The notes under the pieces were generated by a model that ran no database searches, was not told where the DNA came from, and saw only the letters and a list, made by a program, of their open reading frames with translations. From positions 12,154-44,153 of the forward strand of contig JACRBM010000091.1 of NCBI GenBank assembly GCA_016219275.1: a stretch of DNA of 32,000 nucleotides, given 5' to 3'. The position numbers and the translations under genes were made by a program. Below, one piece after another: positions 24,732 to 32,000 of this stretch (positions are counted from its first letter, which is position 1; the number at the start of each line of letters is the position of its first letter). The stretch comes from Chloroflexota bacterium. Its GTDB lineage: Bacteria > Chloroflexota > Anaerolineae > UBA4142.

Positions 24732-26261
24732 CTAATTCGCTGCCGCCAGTTCGACCTCACGTTGCCGCGCCGGACGCGCGTGCCACACGCTCAACGCGCC
24801 GGTAAAACCGAAACTCGCCGCGTACAACAACAAGTACGGCAACGTCCAGTACGCGTGCTGATGCCACGCAATCGCCGCGCCGACCAGCGCGTACACGGCA
24901 AGCGCCCACTCGCCAATCGTTTCCCAGCCCAATGTCAACGCGTACCGTTTTTCCGTCCACGAATCGCCGTCCGCTTCGACGCGGAATTTCGGCGTGCGGC
25001 GAAACGTGTTGCCGCGCCGCGTGAGCGCCTCGATCACGGCGATAGAATTGTTGAGCGCCAGCCCGGTACCCAGTAGCAGCAGCACGCTGAAATAGCGCAT
25101 CCGCGAGATCCAATCGGGATACAACGCGCGTTGCGACATGCCGTAGATCGTCACCGGACCCAGCATTGCGAAACTGAACAGCATCATCACGTCGGCGAAC
25201 TGAACGCGCCACGCGAGAAGCGGCACAAGCATAATCAGCATGACGATCAGCAAGGGATTCATTAGATAGCCGGACAGATGAAGCAAACCGACGATGCGTT
25301 TGAACCAGGGCACGCCCGGTGCGGTGAGAATGCGCGGTCCCAGTTTGACGAGACATTGGGTTGAACCCTTTGCCCAGCGAAATTGTTGACGCTTGTACGC
25401 GTGAATCTGCGGCGGCAACTCGGCAGGCGAGATCACGTCCGGCAAAAACAAGAATTGCCAGCCGCGCAGTTGCGCGCGGTACGACAAGTCCAGGTCTTCG
25501 CTCAACGTATCGCCGTGCCAGCCGCCCGCATCGTCAATACACGCGCGCCGCCACACGCCGGCGGTGCCGTTAAAGTTAAAGAACAAGCCATTGCGCGAGC
25601 GCGCGACCTGCTCGACGACGAAATGTCCATCGAGCGCGATCGCTTGCGCGCGGGTCAACGCCGAGTAATCGTGATTGAGATGTCCCCACCGCGTTTGCGT
25701 CATCCCCAGCTCGGGGCGCGCGAGAAAATGCGGAATCGTCTTTTTGAGAAAATCGGTCGGCGGCACAAAGTCCGCGTCAAAGATCGCGATAAATTCGCCG
25801 GTCGCGTACTTTAATCCTTCGGACAGCGCGCCGGCTTTGAACCCGCTGCGGTCCGCGCGGCGAATCAGCGCAATGTCCACGCCGCGCCGGCGATGGTACT
25901 CGACACGCGCTTGCGCGATCGCGGTCGTCTCATCGTCCGAATCGTCGAGCACCTGGATTTGCAACCGGTCGCGCCGCCAATCGAGCAGTGCCGCCGCGTC
26001 AATCAATCGTTCGACGACGTACAGCTCGTTAAAGATCGGCAATTGCACCGTCACGCGCGGCATCACGAACAATGTCGGCGTCGTGGTCTTGTTGTTGCGT
26101 TTACGCCAAAACAAACCAACCGATAGAATGAGATTCAAACCATAGATGCCAAGAAAAATCGCGGCAATCAAATAAACCCAATAAAAAATTCCTGCCACAC
26201 TACCTCCGATGAAACCAGGATAACAGTGCGGGAGTATACCACTGAATAAAAAATTCAACAA
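24732..26261 (-). CDS. Processive family-2 glycosyltransferase (cellulose-synthase-like, multi-TM)
   Basis: 509 aa. Motifs are VLDDSDDE, FDADFVP, SEDLDLS and QQFRWAKG (QxxRW), with flanking TM helices. The TTG start is uncertain. Confidence 0.85.
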   Translation of the reverse strand: MLNFLFSGILPHCYPGFIGGSVAGIFYWVYLIAAIFLGIYGLNLILSVGLFWRKRNNKTTTPTLFVMPRVTVQLPIFNELYVVERLIDAAALLDWRRDRLQIQVLDDSDDETTAIAQARVEYHRRRGVDIALIRRADRSGFKAGALSEGLKYATGEFIAIFDADFVPPTDFLKKTIPHFLARPELGMTQTRWGHLNHDYSALTRAQAIALDGHFVVEQVARSRNGLFFNFNGTAGVWRRACIDDAGGWHGDTLSEDLDLSYRAQLRGWQFLFLPDVISPAELPPQIHAYKRQQFRWAKGSTQCLVKLGPRILTAPGVPWFKRIVGLLHLSGYLMNPLLIVMLIMLVPLLAWRVQFADVMMLFSFAMLGPVTIYGMSQRALYPDWISRMRYFSVLLLLGTGLALNNSIAVIEALTRRGNTFRRTPKFRVEADGDSWTEKRYALTLGWETIGEWALAVYALVGAAIAWHQHAYWTLPYLLLYAASFGFTGALSVWHARPARQREVELAAAN

Positions 26262-26312
26262 GGTTTGTGCCGTGGCTGGTATCCACGCGCGTCATTGCGA
26301 GCGCGGGCAACA

Positions 26313-26360
26313 CTCACCCCTCCCTTCCCTCCCCTTACCAAGGGGGGCTGGGTGGGGTGA
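26313..26360. repeat. Pyrimidine-arm/purine-arm palindromic element, short copy E
   Basis: CTCACCCCTCCCTTCCCTCCCCTT, then ACCA, then AAGGGGGGCTGGGTGGGGTGA. It lies in the divergent GT2-GT2 intergenic region. Confidence 0.7.
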
Positions 26361-26363
26361 TTG

Positions 26364-26372
26364 TGTTATAAT
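26364..26372 (+). promoter_or_regulatory. Extended -10 promoter element TGTTATAAT
   Basis: It matches TGnTATAAT exactly. It ends 6 nt before GTG 26379, implying a leaderless or near-leaderless mRNA. Confidence 0.45.
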
Positions 26373-26378
26373 AGCGCC

Positions 26379-27347
26379 GTGAAAATTTCACTCATCATCA
26401 CCGTCAAGAACGAAGCGGACGCGCTGCCGCGTTTGCTGGATTCGATTGCCGCGCAGACGCTCGCGCCAGACGACATCGTCGTCGTGGACGGCGGCTCGAC
26501 CGACGCGACGCTCGCGGTGTTGCGCGCGGCGATGACGCGGTTGCCGGTGCGCGTGATCGTCGAACCGGGCGCGAACATTTCGCGCGGACGCAACCTTGCG
26601 ATTCACGCGGCAACTGGTGACATTATCGGTTCGACCGACGCGGGGGTGCGGCTCGACGCGGGCTGGGTCGAGGAATTGGTCAAGCCCTTCGACCACCGAC
26701 CACCAACCGCCGACGTGGTTGCCGGCTTTTTCGTGCCCGACCCGCGCGGCGCGTTCGAGACCGCGCTCGCCGCGACAACGCTTCCCGCGCTCGCGGACAT
26801 TCGTCCTGAAAAGTTTCTGCCCTCGTCGCGTTCGATTGCGTTTCGCAAATCCGCGTGGGAGCAAGTGCGCGGCTATCCTGAATGGCTCGACTTTTGCGAA
26901 GACTTGATTTTCGATTTCGATTTGCAACGCGCCGGTTTTCGATTCGCGTTTGCGCCACGCGCGGTCGCGCATTTTCGCCCGCGTCCCAGTTTGCGCGCGT
27001 TCTTCAAGCAGTACTATCAGTACGCGCGCGGCGACGGCAAAGCGAATCTATGGTTCACGCGCCACGTGATTCGTTACCTCACGTACCTCGTCGCGTTGCC
27101 GCTCGCGCTCGTCGTCACATTCGTGATACCGCTCGTCGCGCTCGCGTTGTGGCTCGGCGCGTTTTGCGGAATGTTCTTTACGCCGTACAAACGCCTCGCG
27201 CGAATGCTGGGTGATCTCACATTCGCCGAACGCGTGTCCGCGTGCGCGTGGGTTCCGCTCATCCGCGTCACCGGCGACATCGCGAAAATGATCGGCTATC
27301 CGGTGGGCGTAGTATGGCGCATTCGACATCGTTCAATCTTCAAGTGA
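26379..27347 (+). CDS. Family-2 glycosyltransferase with C-terminal membrane segment
   Basis: The likely start is GTG 26379. It has KISLIITVKNEADALPRLLDSIAAQT and VVVDGGSTDAT motifs, and C-terminal TM helices. Confidence 0.82.
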   Translation: MKISLIITVKNEADALPRLLDSIAAQTLAPDDIVVVDGGSTDATLAVLRAAMTRLPVRVIVEPGANISRGRNLAIHAATGDIIGSTDAGVRLDAGWVEELVKPFDHRPPTADVVAGFFVPDPRGAFETALAATTLPALADIRPEKFLPSSRSIAFRKSAWEQVRGYPEWLDFCEDLIFDFDLQRAGFRFAFAPRAVAHFRPRPSLRAFFKQYYQYARGDGKANLWFTRHVIRYLTYLVALPLALVVTFVIPLVALALWLGAFCGMFFTPYKRLARMLGDLTFAERVSACAWVPLIRVTGDIAKMIGYPVGVVWRIRHRSIFK

Positions 27348-27361
27348 AAAGGAACCAGCCA

Positions 27362-28981
27362 ATGCGTATCCTGAAACCTGGGTCGCGCGTGATTGCCATA
27401 CTTTTGAGCGCGGCGTTGTTGAGCGCGTGCGACGCGTTGATCGCAACGCCCACACCGATTCCACCAACGGCAACCCCGGTCACGCCGACGCCGACCGCGA
27501 CCGCGACGATTACGCCAACCCCGACCGCGACCGCGACGATCACACCCACACCAACCGCGACGGCAACGCCCACACCAACCGCGACGCCGACGGTCGCGCA
27601 AGCCAAGCCGCTTACGTTCGCGCACCCGGTGACGGTGCTGCCAACCCAGGTTTTGCGCGCGAGTATTGCGCCGCGGCAGTTTGTCGCGGACTCGGCTGAT
27701 GAACTCGCCGCGAACCAACTCATCGCGCCGCGCGGCGCAACGCCATCCGCGATCACGCGCACCCAAGCGGAACAAGACACGCGCTTTTTCTTCCGTTTGC
27801 TCAAACATGGTTATGCGGGGTACGGTGTCTTTGGCGCGGAGGGTAATTTTGAGCGCGCGGAGAACGCGACCTTGCAAACGATCGCGCGCGAAACCACGTT
27901 GACGCCCACGCGTCTTGCCAGCGCACTGCGCGATAGTTTGTCGTTCATCCAAGATTGCCACTTTAACATCGGCGGAGACTCGCTGTTCAAAGATGCGGAC
28001 TATTTTTATTTCGATGGAATCCATTTCTTCAAAGAAGGCGAGCGTTATTACTATTGGGGCGCGAGCGGCAAAACATTCGTCACCGCCGTGAACGGCAAAG
28101 CGCCCGGCGAGTTTATAAAGTTGTCGCTCGCGCCGAACGGCGACCCGGTGTACCAACTGGGTGTTACCGCGACCCAGTATCCGAGCGAACTTGTCCTGGA
28201 TGGCGTCGCCGCCGATGGCAAGGTCCAACGCCAACGCGCACTCTGGAGTCGTTCGCCGCGTATCGGCGACCACACCACGTTCGCGCGTTATTTGGAGCAA
28301 GACGTTTCGGTCGTCGTCAGCCGATCGTTTTCCGATGCGACGGACGCGTTGCGAAAATTTAGAGAAGACGCCGAGAACCTCCGCATCGAGCCAATCGTCG
28401 TTTTGGATTTGCGCGGCAATACCGGCGGCTTGGTCTCCGTGCCGGGCGATTGGATCAACGGGCTGACATGGCGCGTGCCGGCATTTCCCTTCGTCCGCAC
28501 CGAAATCGAATCGCGCACCGTCCTCGCGGGCAAAATCAATATGCTTGCCACGCGCACGTTCGACGCGAATGAGTTGCAACTGTTATTCAAAGACTGGGAT
28601 TCGGGCAAAGCCACACGCCGTTGGAGCGATATCCGCGTGCCGGAATTCGCGCCGTTCCGGTGGCATCAATTGATGGTTGTGTTGATTGATGGTGAAACCG
28701 CGTCCGCCGGCGAAGTGATGGTCGGCTACCTGCGCCAGTTCGAACACGTCGTCATCGTCGGAGAAAATTCCGCGGGCTGTATCACCTACGGCGATGTGTC
28801 GCGCTATGTGTTGCCCAACTCGAATCTGAGTGTGTCGTTCGGTTCGGAATTATTCGTCATGCCCGATCTCACCGAATTCGAAGGCAAGGGTTTCGCGCCG
28901 GATTTGTGGGTACCCTCGAACAAGGCGCTGCCCTACGCAATTGCCGCGATCAAAAAGGGCTGGCTGAAGCCGCCGCCTTGA
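27362..28981 (+). CDS. Lipoprotein with S41 (tail-specific protease-like) peptidase domain
   Basis: The start was moved to ATG 27362. The lipobox is LLSAC, followed by a Thr/Pro/Ala linker with TPTATATITP repeats. It has VVLDLRGNTGG and LIDGETASAGE motifs. Confidence 0.65.
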   Translation: MRILKPGSRVIAILLSAALLSACDALIATPTPIPPTATPVTPTPTATATITPTPTATATITPTPTATATPTPTATPTVAQAKPLTFAHPVTVLPTQVLRASIAPRQFVADSADELAANQLIAPRGATPSAITRTQAEQDTRFFFRLLKHGYAGYGVFGAEGNFERAENATLQTIARETTLTPTRLASALRDSLSFIQDCHFNIGGDSLFKDADYFYFDGIHFFKEGERYYYWGASGKTFVTAVNGKAPGEFIKLSLAPNGDPVYQLGVTATQYPSELVLDGVAADGKVQRQRALWSRSPRIGDHTTFARYLEQDVSVVVSRSFSDATDALRKFREDAENLRIEPIVVLDLRGNTGGLVSVPGDWINGLTWRVPAFPFVRTEIESRTVLAGKINMLATRTFDANELQLLFKDWDSGKATRRWSDIRVPEFAPFRWHQLMVVLIDGETASAGEVMVGYLRQFEHVVIVGENSAGCITYGDVSRYVLPNSNLSVSFGSELFVMPDLTEFEGKGFAPDLWVPSNKALPYAIAAIKKGWLKPPP

Positions 28982-29022
28982 AGCCAACCTTGCGCCGGTT
29001 TCTCGTCAACGGAGTGATGAAA

Positions 29023-30051
29023 ATGACGACCGCTTTTCTTTATTCGCCGATTTTTCTCGAACACGCCGAGGAAGGGCATCCCGAATCGCCGGAGCGCCTC
29101 ACCGCGACGATGCGCGTGTTGAAAGAATCCGGTTTGCTCGAACGTCTCACCGCGCTCGAACCGGTTCCCGCAACCGACGCGCAACTCGAAGCGGCGCACA
29201 CGCGCGAACACGTCGCGCGCGTCAAGCAACTCGTCGCGCGCGGCGGCGGACATTTCGACCCGGACACGTACGCCAACGCGCGTTCGCTCGATGCGGCGCG
29301 GCTGGCGGCTGGCGCGGTCGTGCGCGGCGTAGACGCGGTAATGCAGCGCGAAGTAGACAACGCGTTCGCGCTCGCGCGACCGCCGGGACATCACGCCACG
29401 CGCCAACGCGCGATGGGTTTTTGTCTGTTCAATAATGTTGCCGTCGCCGCGCAACACGCGCTCGACGCGTTCGGTTTGGAACGCGTGCTGATCGTGGATT
29501 ACGACGTGCATCATGGCAACGGGACCCAGGATATTTTTTACAACACGCCGCGCGTCCTGTACTTTTCGACGCACCAATATCCGCACTATCCCGGCACCGG
29601 CGATTGGGATGAAATCGGCGCAGGCGATGGAACCGGCTTCACGGTCAATGTGCCATTGCCGGCCGGCGTCGGCGACGAAGGTTATCAACGCGTCTTTGAC
29701 GATTTGCTCGCGCCGCTGGCTGAACGGTACCACCCGCAGTTGATTCTCGCGTCCGTCGGGTTCGACGCGCACTGGCGCGATCCGCTCGCGATGCAAGGGC
29801 TGTCGCTCGCCGGGTACGCGTCGCTCGCGCGCACGCTCATCCTGCTCGCGCGCGATCTGTGCGATGGGCGCATCGTGTTCGCGCTCGAAGGCGGGTACGA
29901 TCTCGACGTGATCGCGCACGGCGTCGCGTCCACGTTTCGTGCGCTGCTCGGCGACGCGGACATTCCTGATCCGATTGGCGCGTCGCGCCGAGGCGAACGC
30001 GACATTACCGAATTGGTCGAGCATCTCAAGGGCGCGCATCGGCTCGTGTAA
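29023..30051 (+). CDS. Histone deacetylase-family amidohydrolase (AcuC/acetylpolyamine deacetylase-like)
   Basis: It has RPPGHHA, DYDVHHGNGTQ and EGGYDL motifs. The start is ATG 29023 (GGAG 8 nt upstream) or ATG 29017. Confidence 0.88.
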   Translation: MTTAFLYSPIFLEHAEEGHPESPERLTATMRVLKESGLLERLTALEPVPATDAQLEAAHTREHVARVKQLVARGGGHFDPDTYANARSLDAARLAAGAVVRGVDAVMQREVDNAFALARPPGHHATRQRAMGFCLFNNVAVAAQHALDAFGLERVLIVDYDVHHGNGTQDIFYNTPRVLYFSTHQYPHYPGTGDWDEIGAGDGTGFTVNVPLPAGVGDEGYQRVFDDLLAPLAERYHPQLILASVGFDAHWRDPLAMQGLSLAGYASLARTLILLARDLCDGRIVFALEGGYDLDVIAHGVASTFRALLGDADIPDPIGASRRGERDITELVEHLKGAHRLV

Positions 30052-30074
30052 GCATTTGCCTGGCTCGTGAATGG

Positions 30075-30103
30075 TTGACCATTTACCCGAATTGTTGCAT
30101 AAT
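30075..30103 (+). promoter_or_regulatory. Sigma70-type promoter TTGACC-17 nt-CATAAT
   Basis: -35 at 30075-30080 and -10 at 30098-30103, with a 17-nt spacer. Confidence 0.45.
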
Positions 30104-30196
30104 AGCGATACCCAAGATGTACCAAACCCTTGCGAAGGTTTGTGTGACCGGCGCAAGGTTGACCGTCAAAGTACTCGCTCGCGCGAGGAGATGATT

Positions 30197-32000
30197 GTGG
30201 AAGATCGAGTAACCCTCACCGCGTACGCGGATGAAATCCGCGAATTGATCCACCACGACCGCAATACCGAAGCGATTGCGCTCTGTCGGCACATTTTGCG
30301 CTTTTACCCAAAGTGCGTTGACACCATCCGCCAGGTTGCGGAAGCGTGTTTGGAACAGCACGAATACGACGCCGCGCAGGATTTGTTTCGTCGCGTGCTC
30401 AGCGCGGACCCGGAAAATGCCGTCGCGTATGTCGGGCTGGCTTCGATTTTTGAAGAACGCCAACTGATGGATGAAGCGGTGTGGCACATGGAGCGCGCGT
30501 TCGAACTTTCGCCGGCGCATCCGGAAATTCACAAAGAACTGTTGCGTTTACACACGCTCAACTCGCGTAAAACGCGCGCGCGCTTGAAAATGACGCCCGG
30601 CGCGCTCGCGCGGTTGTACGCGTATCAGGGCTTGCTCGCGCAAGCGACCCAGGAATTGCGCGCAATTGTCGCGGGCGATCCCACGCGCCTCGACACGCGC
30701 ACCGCGCTCGTCGAAATGTTGTGGCGCACGGGACGCATCCACGAAGCCGCGCAGGTCGCGCAAGATTTGCTTGGACCGCTGCCGTACTGCCTCAAGGCGA
30801 ATTTGATTTTGGGCACTGCCTGGAAAGAGAGCGGCTTGCCGGAAAGCGAAGCGTACTTGCAACGCGCGCAACAACTCGACCCGACCAATCGCGTCGCGGC
30901 GAATCTACTCGGCGCGCGTTCACCGCTTTTGCCCGTCGAGCCGACCGTTCCGCGCTATGTCGAAGGCGCGCCAGCACCGGTCGTGACCATAACGCCAGTG
31001 GCGGCGCCAACGCCGTTTGACCTAACCGTGCCAGTGGAAGAAACTCCGTTCGCGCCAGAGCCGGAGGTCGTATCCGTTTTCGATCAAGCGCCCGCGCCAA
31101 CACCGACCGTCGAAATGCCGGCGGAATCGGCAACGGATGTTGAAATCGGTCCGTCTGCCAAACCGGAATTGCCGATCACGGCTTTGCCGCCGTGGTTGCG
31201 CGGCGAGGGTGTTCCGAGCACCGCCGAGACCTCGGAGATGCCGCCAGTCAAACCGGCGGTCGCGGAAGAAGGCACAGCATTGCCACAATGGATCAGCCAA
31301 GCGCCCGATGCAACCGCGCGCGAACCGGAAGAGATCCTGCCGCCCACTTGGCGCGACACGCTGGCGACGCCGGCGGAGGAGACCGCGCCAACGGATACCA
31401 CGTTCGATTGGCTCAACGTGTTGCGCCAAAAACAAATTGTAGAAGAACCCGCGCCCGAGGAACCGGAACCGCCGGCGATTTTCGTCGCGCAACCACCCGC
31501 AGAAATTCCGGCAGAACTCGCGCACGCGGAATCTGTTGAACCCGAATCCGAACTACCGTCAATTTTCGCCGAGCAACCCAGCGACGAAATTCCGGCGCAA
31601 CCCACGCGCGCGGAAACTGCCGAACCCGAATTCGAATTGCCGGCGATTTTTGCCGAGCAACCCAGCGACGAAATTCCGGCGCAACCCACGCGCGCGGAAA
31701 CTGCCGAACCCGAATTCGAATTGCCGGCGATTTTCGCCGGGCAACCCGGCGACGAAATTCCGGCGCAACCCACGCGCGCGGAAACTGCCGAACCCGAATT
31801 CGAATTACCGTCAATTTTCGCCGAGCAACCCGGCGAAGAAATTCCGGCGCAACCCACGCGTGCGGAAACTGCCGAACCCGAATTCGAATTGCCGGCGATT
31901 TTCGCCGGGCAACCCGGCGAGGAAATTCCGGCGCAACCCACGCGTGCGGAAACTGCCGAACCCGAATTCGAATTGCCGTCAATTTTTGCCGAGCAACCCG
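30197..32000 (+). CDS. TPR-repeat protein with Pro/Glu-rich tandem-repeat C-terminal region (3' end beyond the window)
   Basis: My own translation from GTG 30197 (GAGGAG 6 nt upstream; alternative ATG 30191) is stop-free to the window end: VEDRVTLTAYADEIRELIHH...FRRVLSADPENAVAYVGLASIFEE...LQRAQQLDPTNRVAANLLG..., then 28-aa repeats. It is not in the ORF track because it is open-ended. Confidence 0.8.
   Translation, partial: MEDRVTLTAYADEIRELIHHDRNTEAIALCRHILRFYPKCVDTIRQVAEACLEQHEYDAAQDLFRRVLSADPENAVAYVGLASIFEERQLMDEAVWHMERAFELSPAHPEIHKELLRLHTLNSRKTRARLKMTPGALARLYAYQGLLAQATQELRAIVAGDPTRLDTRTALVEMLWRTGRIHEAAQVAQDLLGPLPYCLKANLILGTAWKESGLPESEAYLQRAQQLDPTNRVAANLLGARSPLLPVEPTVPRYVEGAPAPVVTITPVAAPTPFDLTVPVEETPFAPEPEVVSVFDQAPAPTPTVEMPAESATDVEIGPSAKPELPITALPPWLRGEGVPSTAETSEMPPVKPAVAEEGTALPQWISQAPDATAREPEEILPPTWRDTLATPAEETAPTDTTFDWLNVLRQKQIVEEPAPEEPEPPAIFVAQPPAEIPAELAHAESVEPESELPSIFAEQPSDEIPAQPTRAETAEPEFELPAIFAEQPSDEIPAQPTRAETAEPEFELPAIFAGQPGDEIPAQPTRAETAEPEFELPSIFAEQPGEEIPAQPTRAETAEPEFELPAIFAGQPGEEIPAQPTRAETAEPEFELPSIFAEQP
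31538..32000 (+). repeat. 84-bp in-frame tandem repeat, at least 5.5 copies (28-aa unit EPEFELPAIFAEQPSDEIPAQPTRAETA)
   Basis: Unit starts (GAACCCGAA) are at 31538, 31622, 31706, 31790, 31874 and 31958, exactly 84 nt apart. The copies differ only at a few codons (A/S, E/G, S/G, D/E). Confidence 0.9.

Noticed and set aside
27478-27590. Tandem DNA repeats (CCGACCGCGACCGCGACGAT...) and the similar tract at 9830-9965
   Set aside because: They are in-frame Thr/Pro/Ala linker repeats following lipoprotein signal peptides (TPTATATITP, APEPTK). They are coding low-complexity sequence rather than a separate genetic element.
27296-28579. 427-aa minus-strand ORF
   Set aside because: It is an arginine-rich antisense shadow of the S41-like lipoprotein gene. 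The plus strand carries the signal peptide, lipobox and peptidase motifs.
28933-30156. 407-aa minus-strand ORF
   Set aside because: It is antisense to the HDAC-family gene, whose RPPGHHA and DVHHGNGTQ motifs identify the plus strand as coding.
31084-31982. Long minus-strand ORFs (285 aa and 189 aa) and other overlapping ORFs over the 84-bp repeat array
   Set aside because: They have low-complexity Gly/Ser/Arg-rich translations with no recognisable domain. They exist only because the repeat lacks stop codons in several frames. The plus-strand frame is continuous with an upstream TPR domain and has a proper SD and start.
31538-32000. Possible CRISPR array (regularly spaced repeats)
   Set aside because: The units are directly adjacent 84-bp repeats with no unique spacers. 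They are in frame within a protein-coding region, and no cas genes are nearby.
1-32000. rRNA, tRNA, tmRNA, RNase P or group I/II intron sequences
   Set aside because: I found no cloverleaf-compatible or conserved rRNA-like stretches while reading the intergenic regions. All sizeable non-coding gaps are accounted for by promoters, operators, hairpin repeats or gene remnants. A tRNAscan or Infernal run would be the decisive check.

Overview
GC-rich bacterial chromosomal window. The Pro/Thr-rich lipoprotein linkers, canonical TTGACA/TATAAT-type promoters and dense intergenic palindromes suggest a Chloroflexota-like organism, but that placement is only inference.

Layout:
- (i) 1-5.6 kb: a ROK-regulated divergent locus. 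It holds a partial FSA/transaldolase-like gene, the ROK regulator, then a FucI-like isomerase, a TIM-family isomerase and a LarA-family enzyme.
- (ii) 5.6-6.9 kb: a decayed DASS/SLC13-type permease pseudogene abutting a frameshifted IS1595-type transposase remnant.
- (iii) 7.0-20.8 kb: a 12-gene same-strand carbohydrate cluster. In order: GH4 glycosidase, LacI regulator, sugar ABC binding protein plus two permeases, a zinc-ligand-less MDR dehydrogenase, a Gfo/Idh/MocA oxidoreductase, a URO-D-family protein, a UxuB-like SDR, a transaldolase, a CoA-acylating methylmalonate-semialdehyde-type ALDH, and an MtaC-type corrinoid protein.
- (iv) 20.8-22.6 kb: nested wreckage. A galT pseudogene is interrupted by a large-serine-recombinase remnant, which is itself cut by an ISAs1-type transposase remnant.
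- (v) 22.6-32 kb: housekeeping and envelope genes. These are a SWIM-finger protein, RdgB, a DsrE-like protein, DUF4446, two GT2 glycosyltransferases, an S41-like lipoprotein, an HDAC-family deacetylase, and a TPR protein with 84-bp tandem repeats.

Most notable non-genic signal: a family of pyrimidine-arm/purine-arm palindromes (CCTCACCCC...GGGGTGAGG) fills the intercistronic gaps of the sugar operon and has G-quadruplex potential on both strands.

Most notable functional oddity: the sugar cluster has no kinase. It combines transaldolase, CoA-acylating ALDH and a URO-D/corrinoid pair, so its substrate and pathway cannot be assigned to a known route from sequence alone.

ORF track caveats:
- It misses two open-ended genes (1-181 minus, 30197-32000 plus).
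- It over-extends several starts through the palindromes.

No rRNA, tRNA or CRISPR array was recognised. Nothing here is proven novel; the claims below are graded accordingly.
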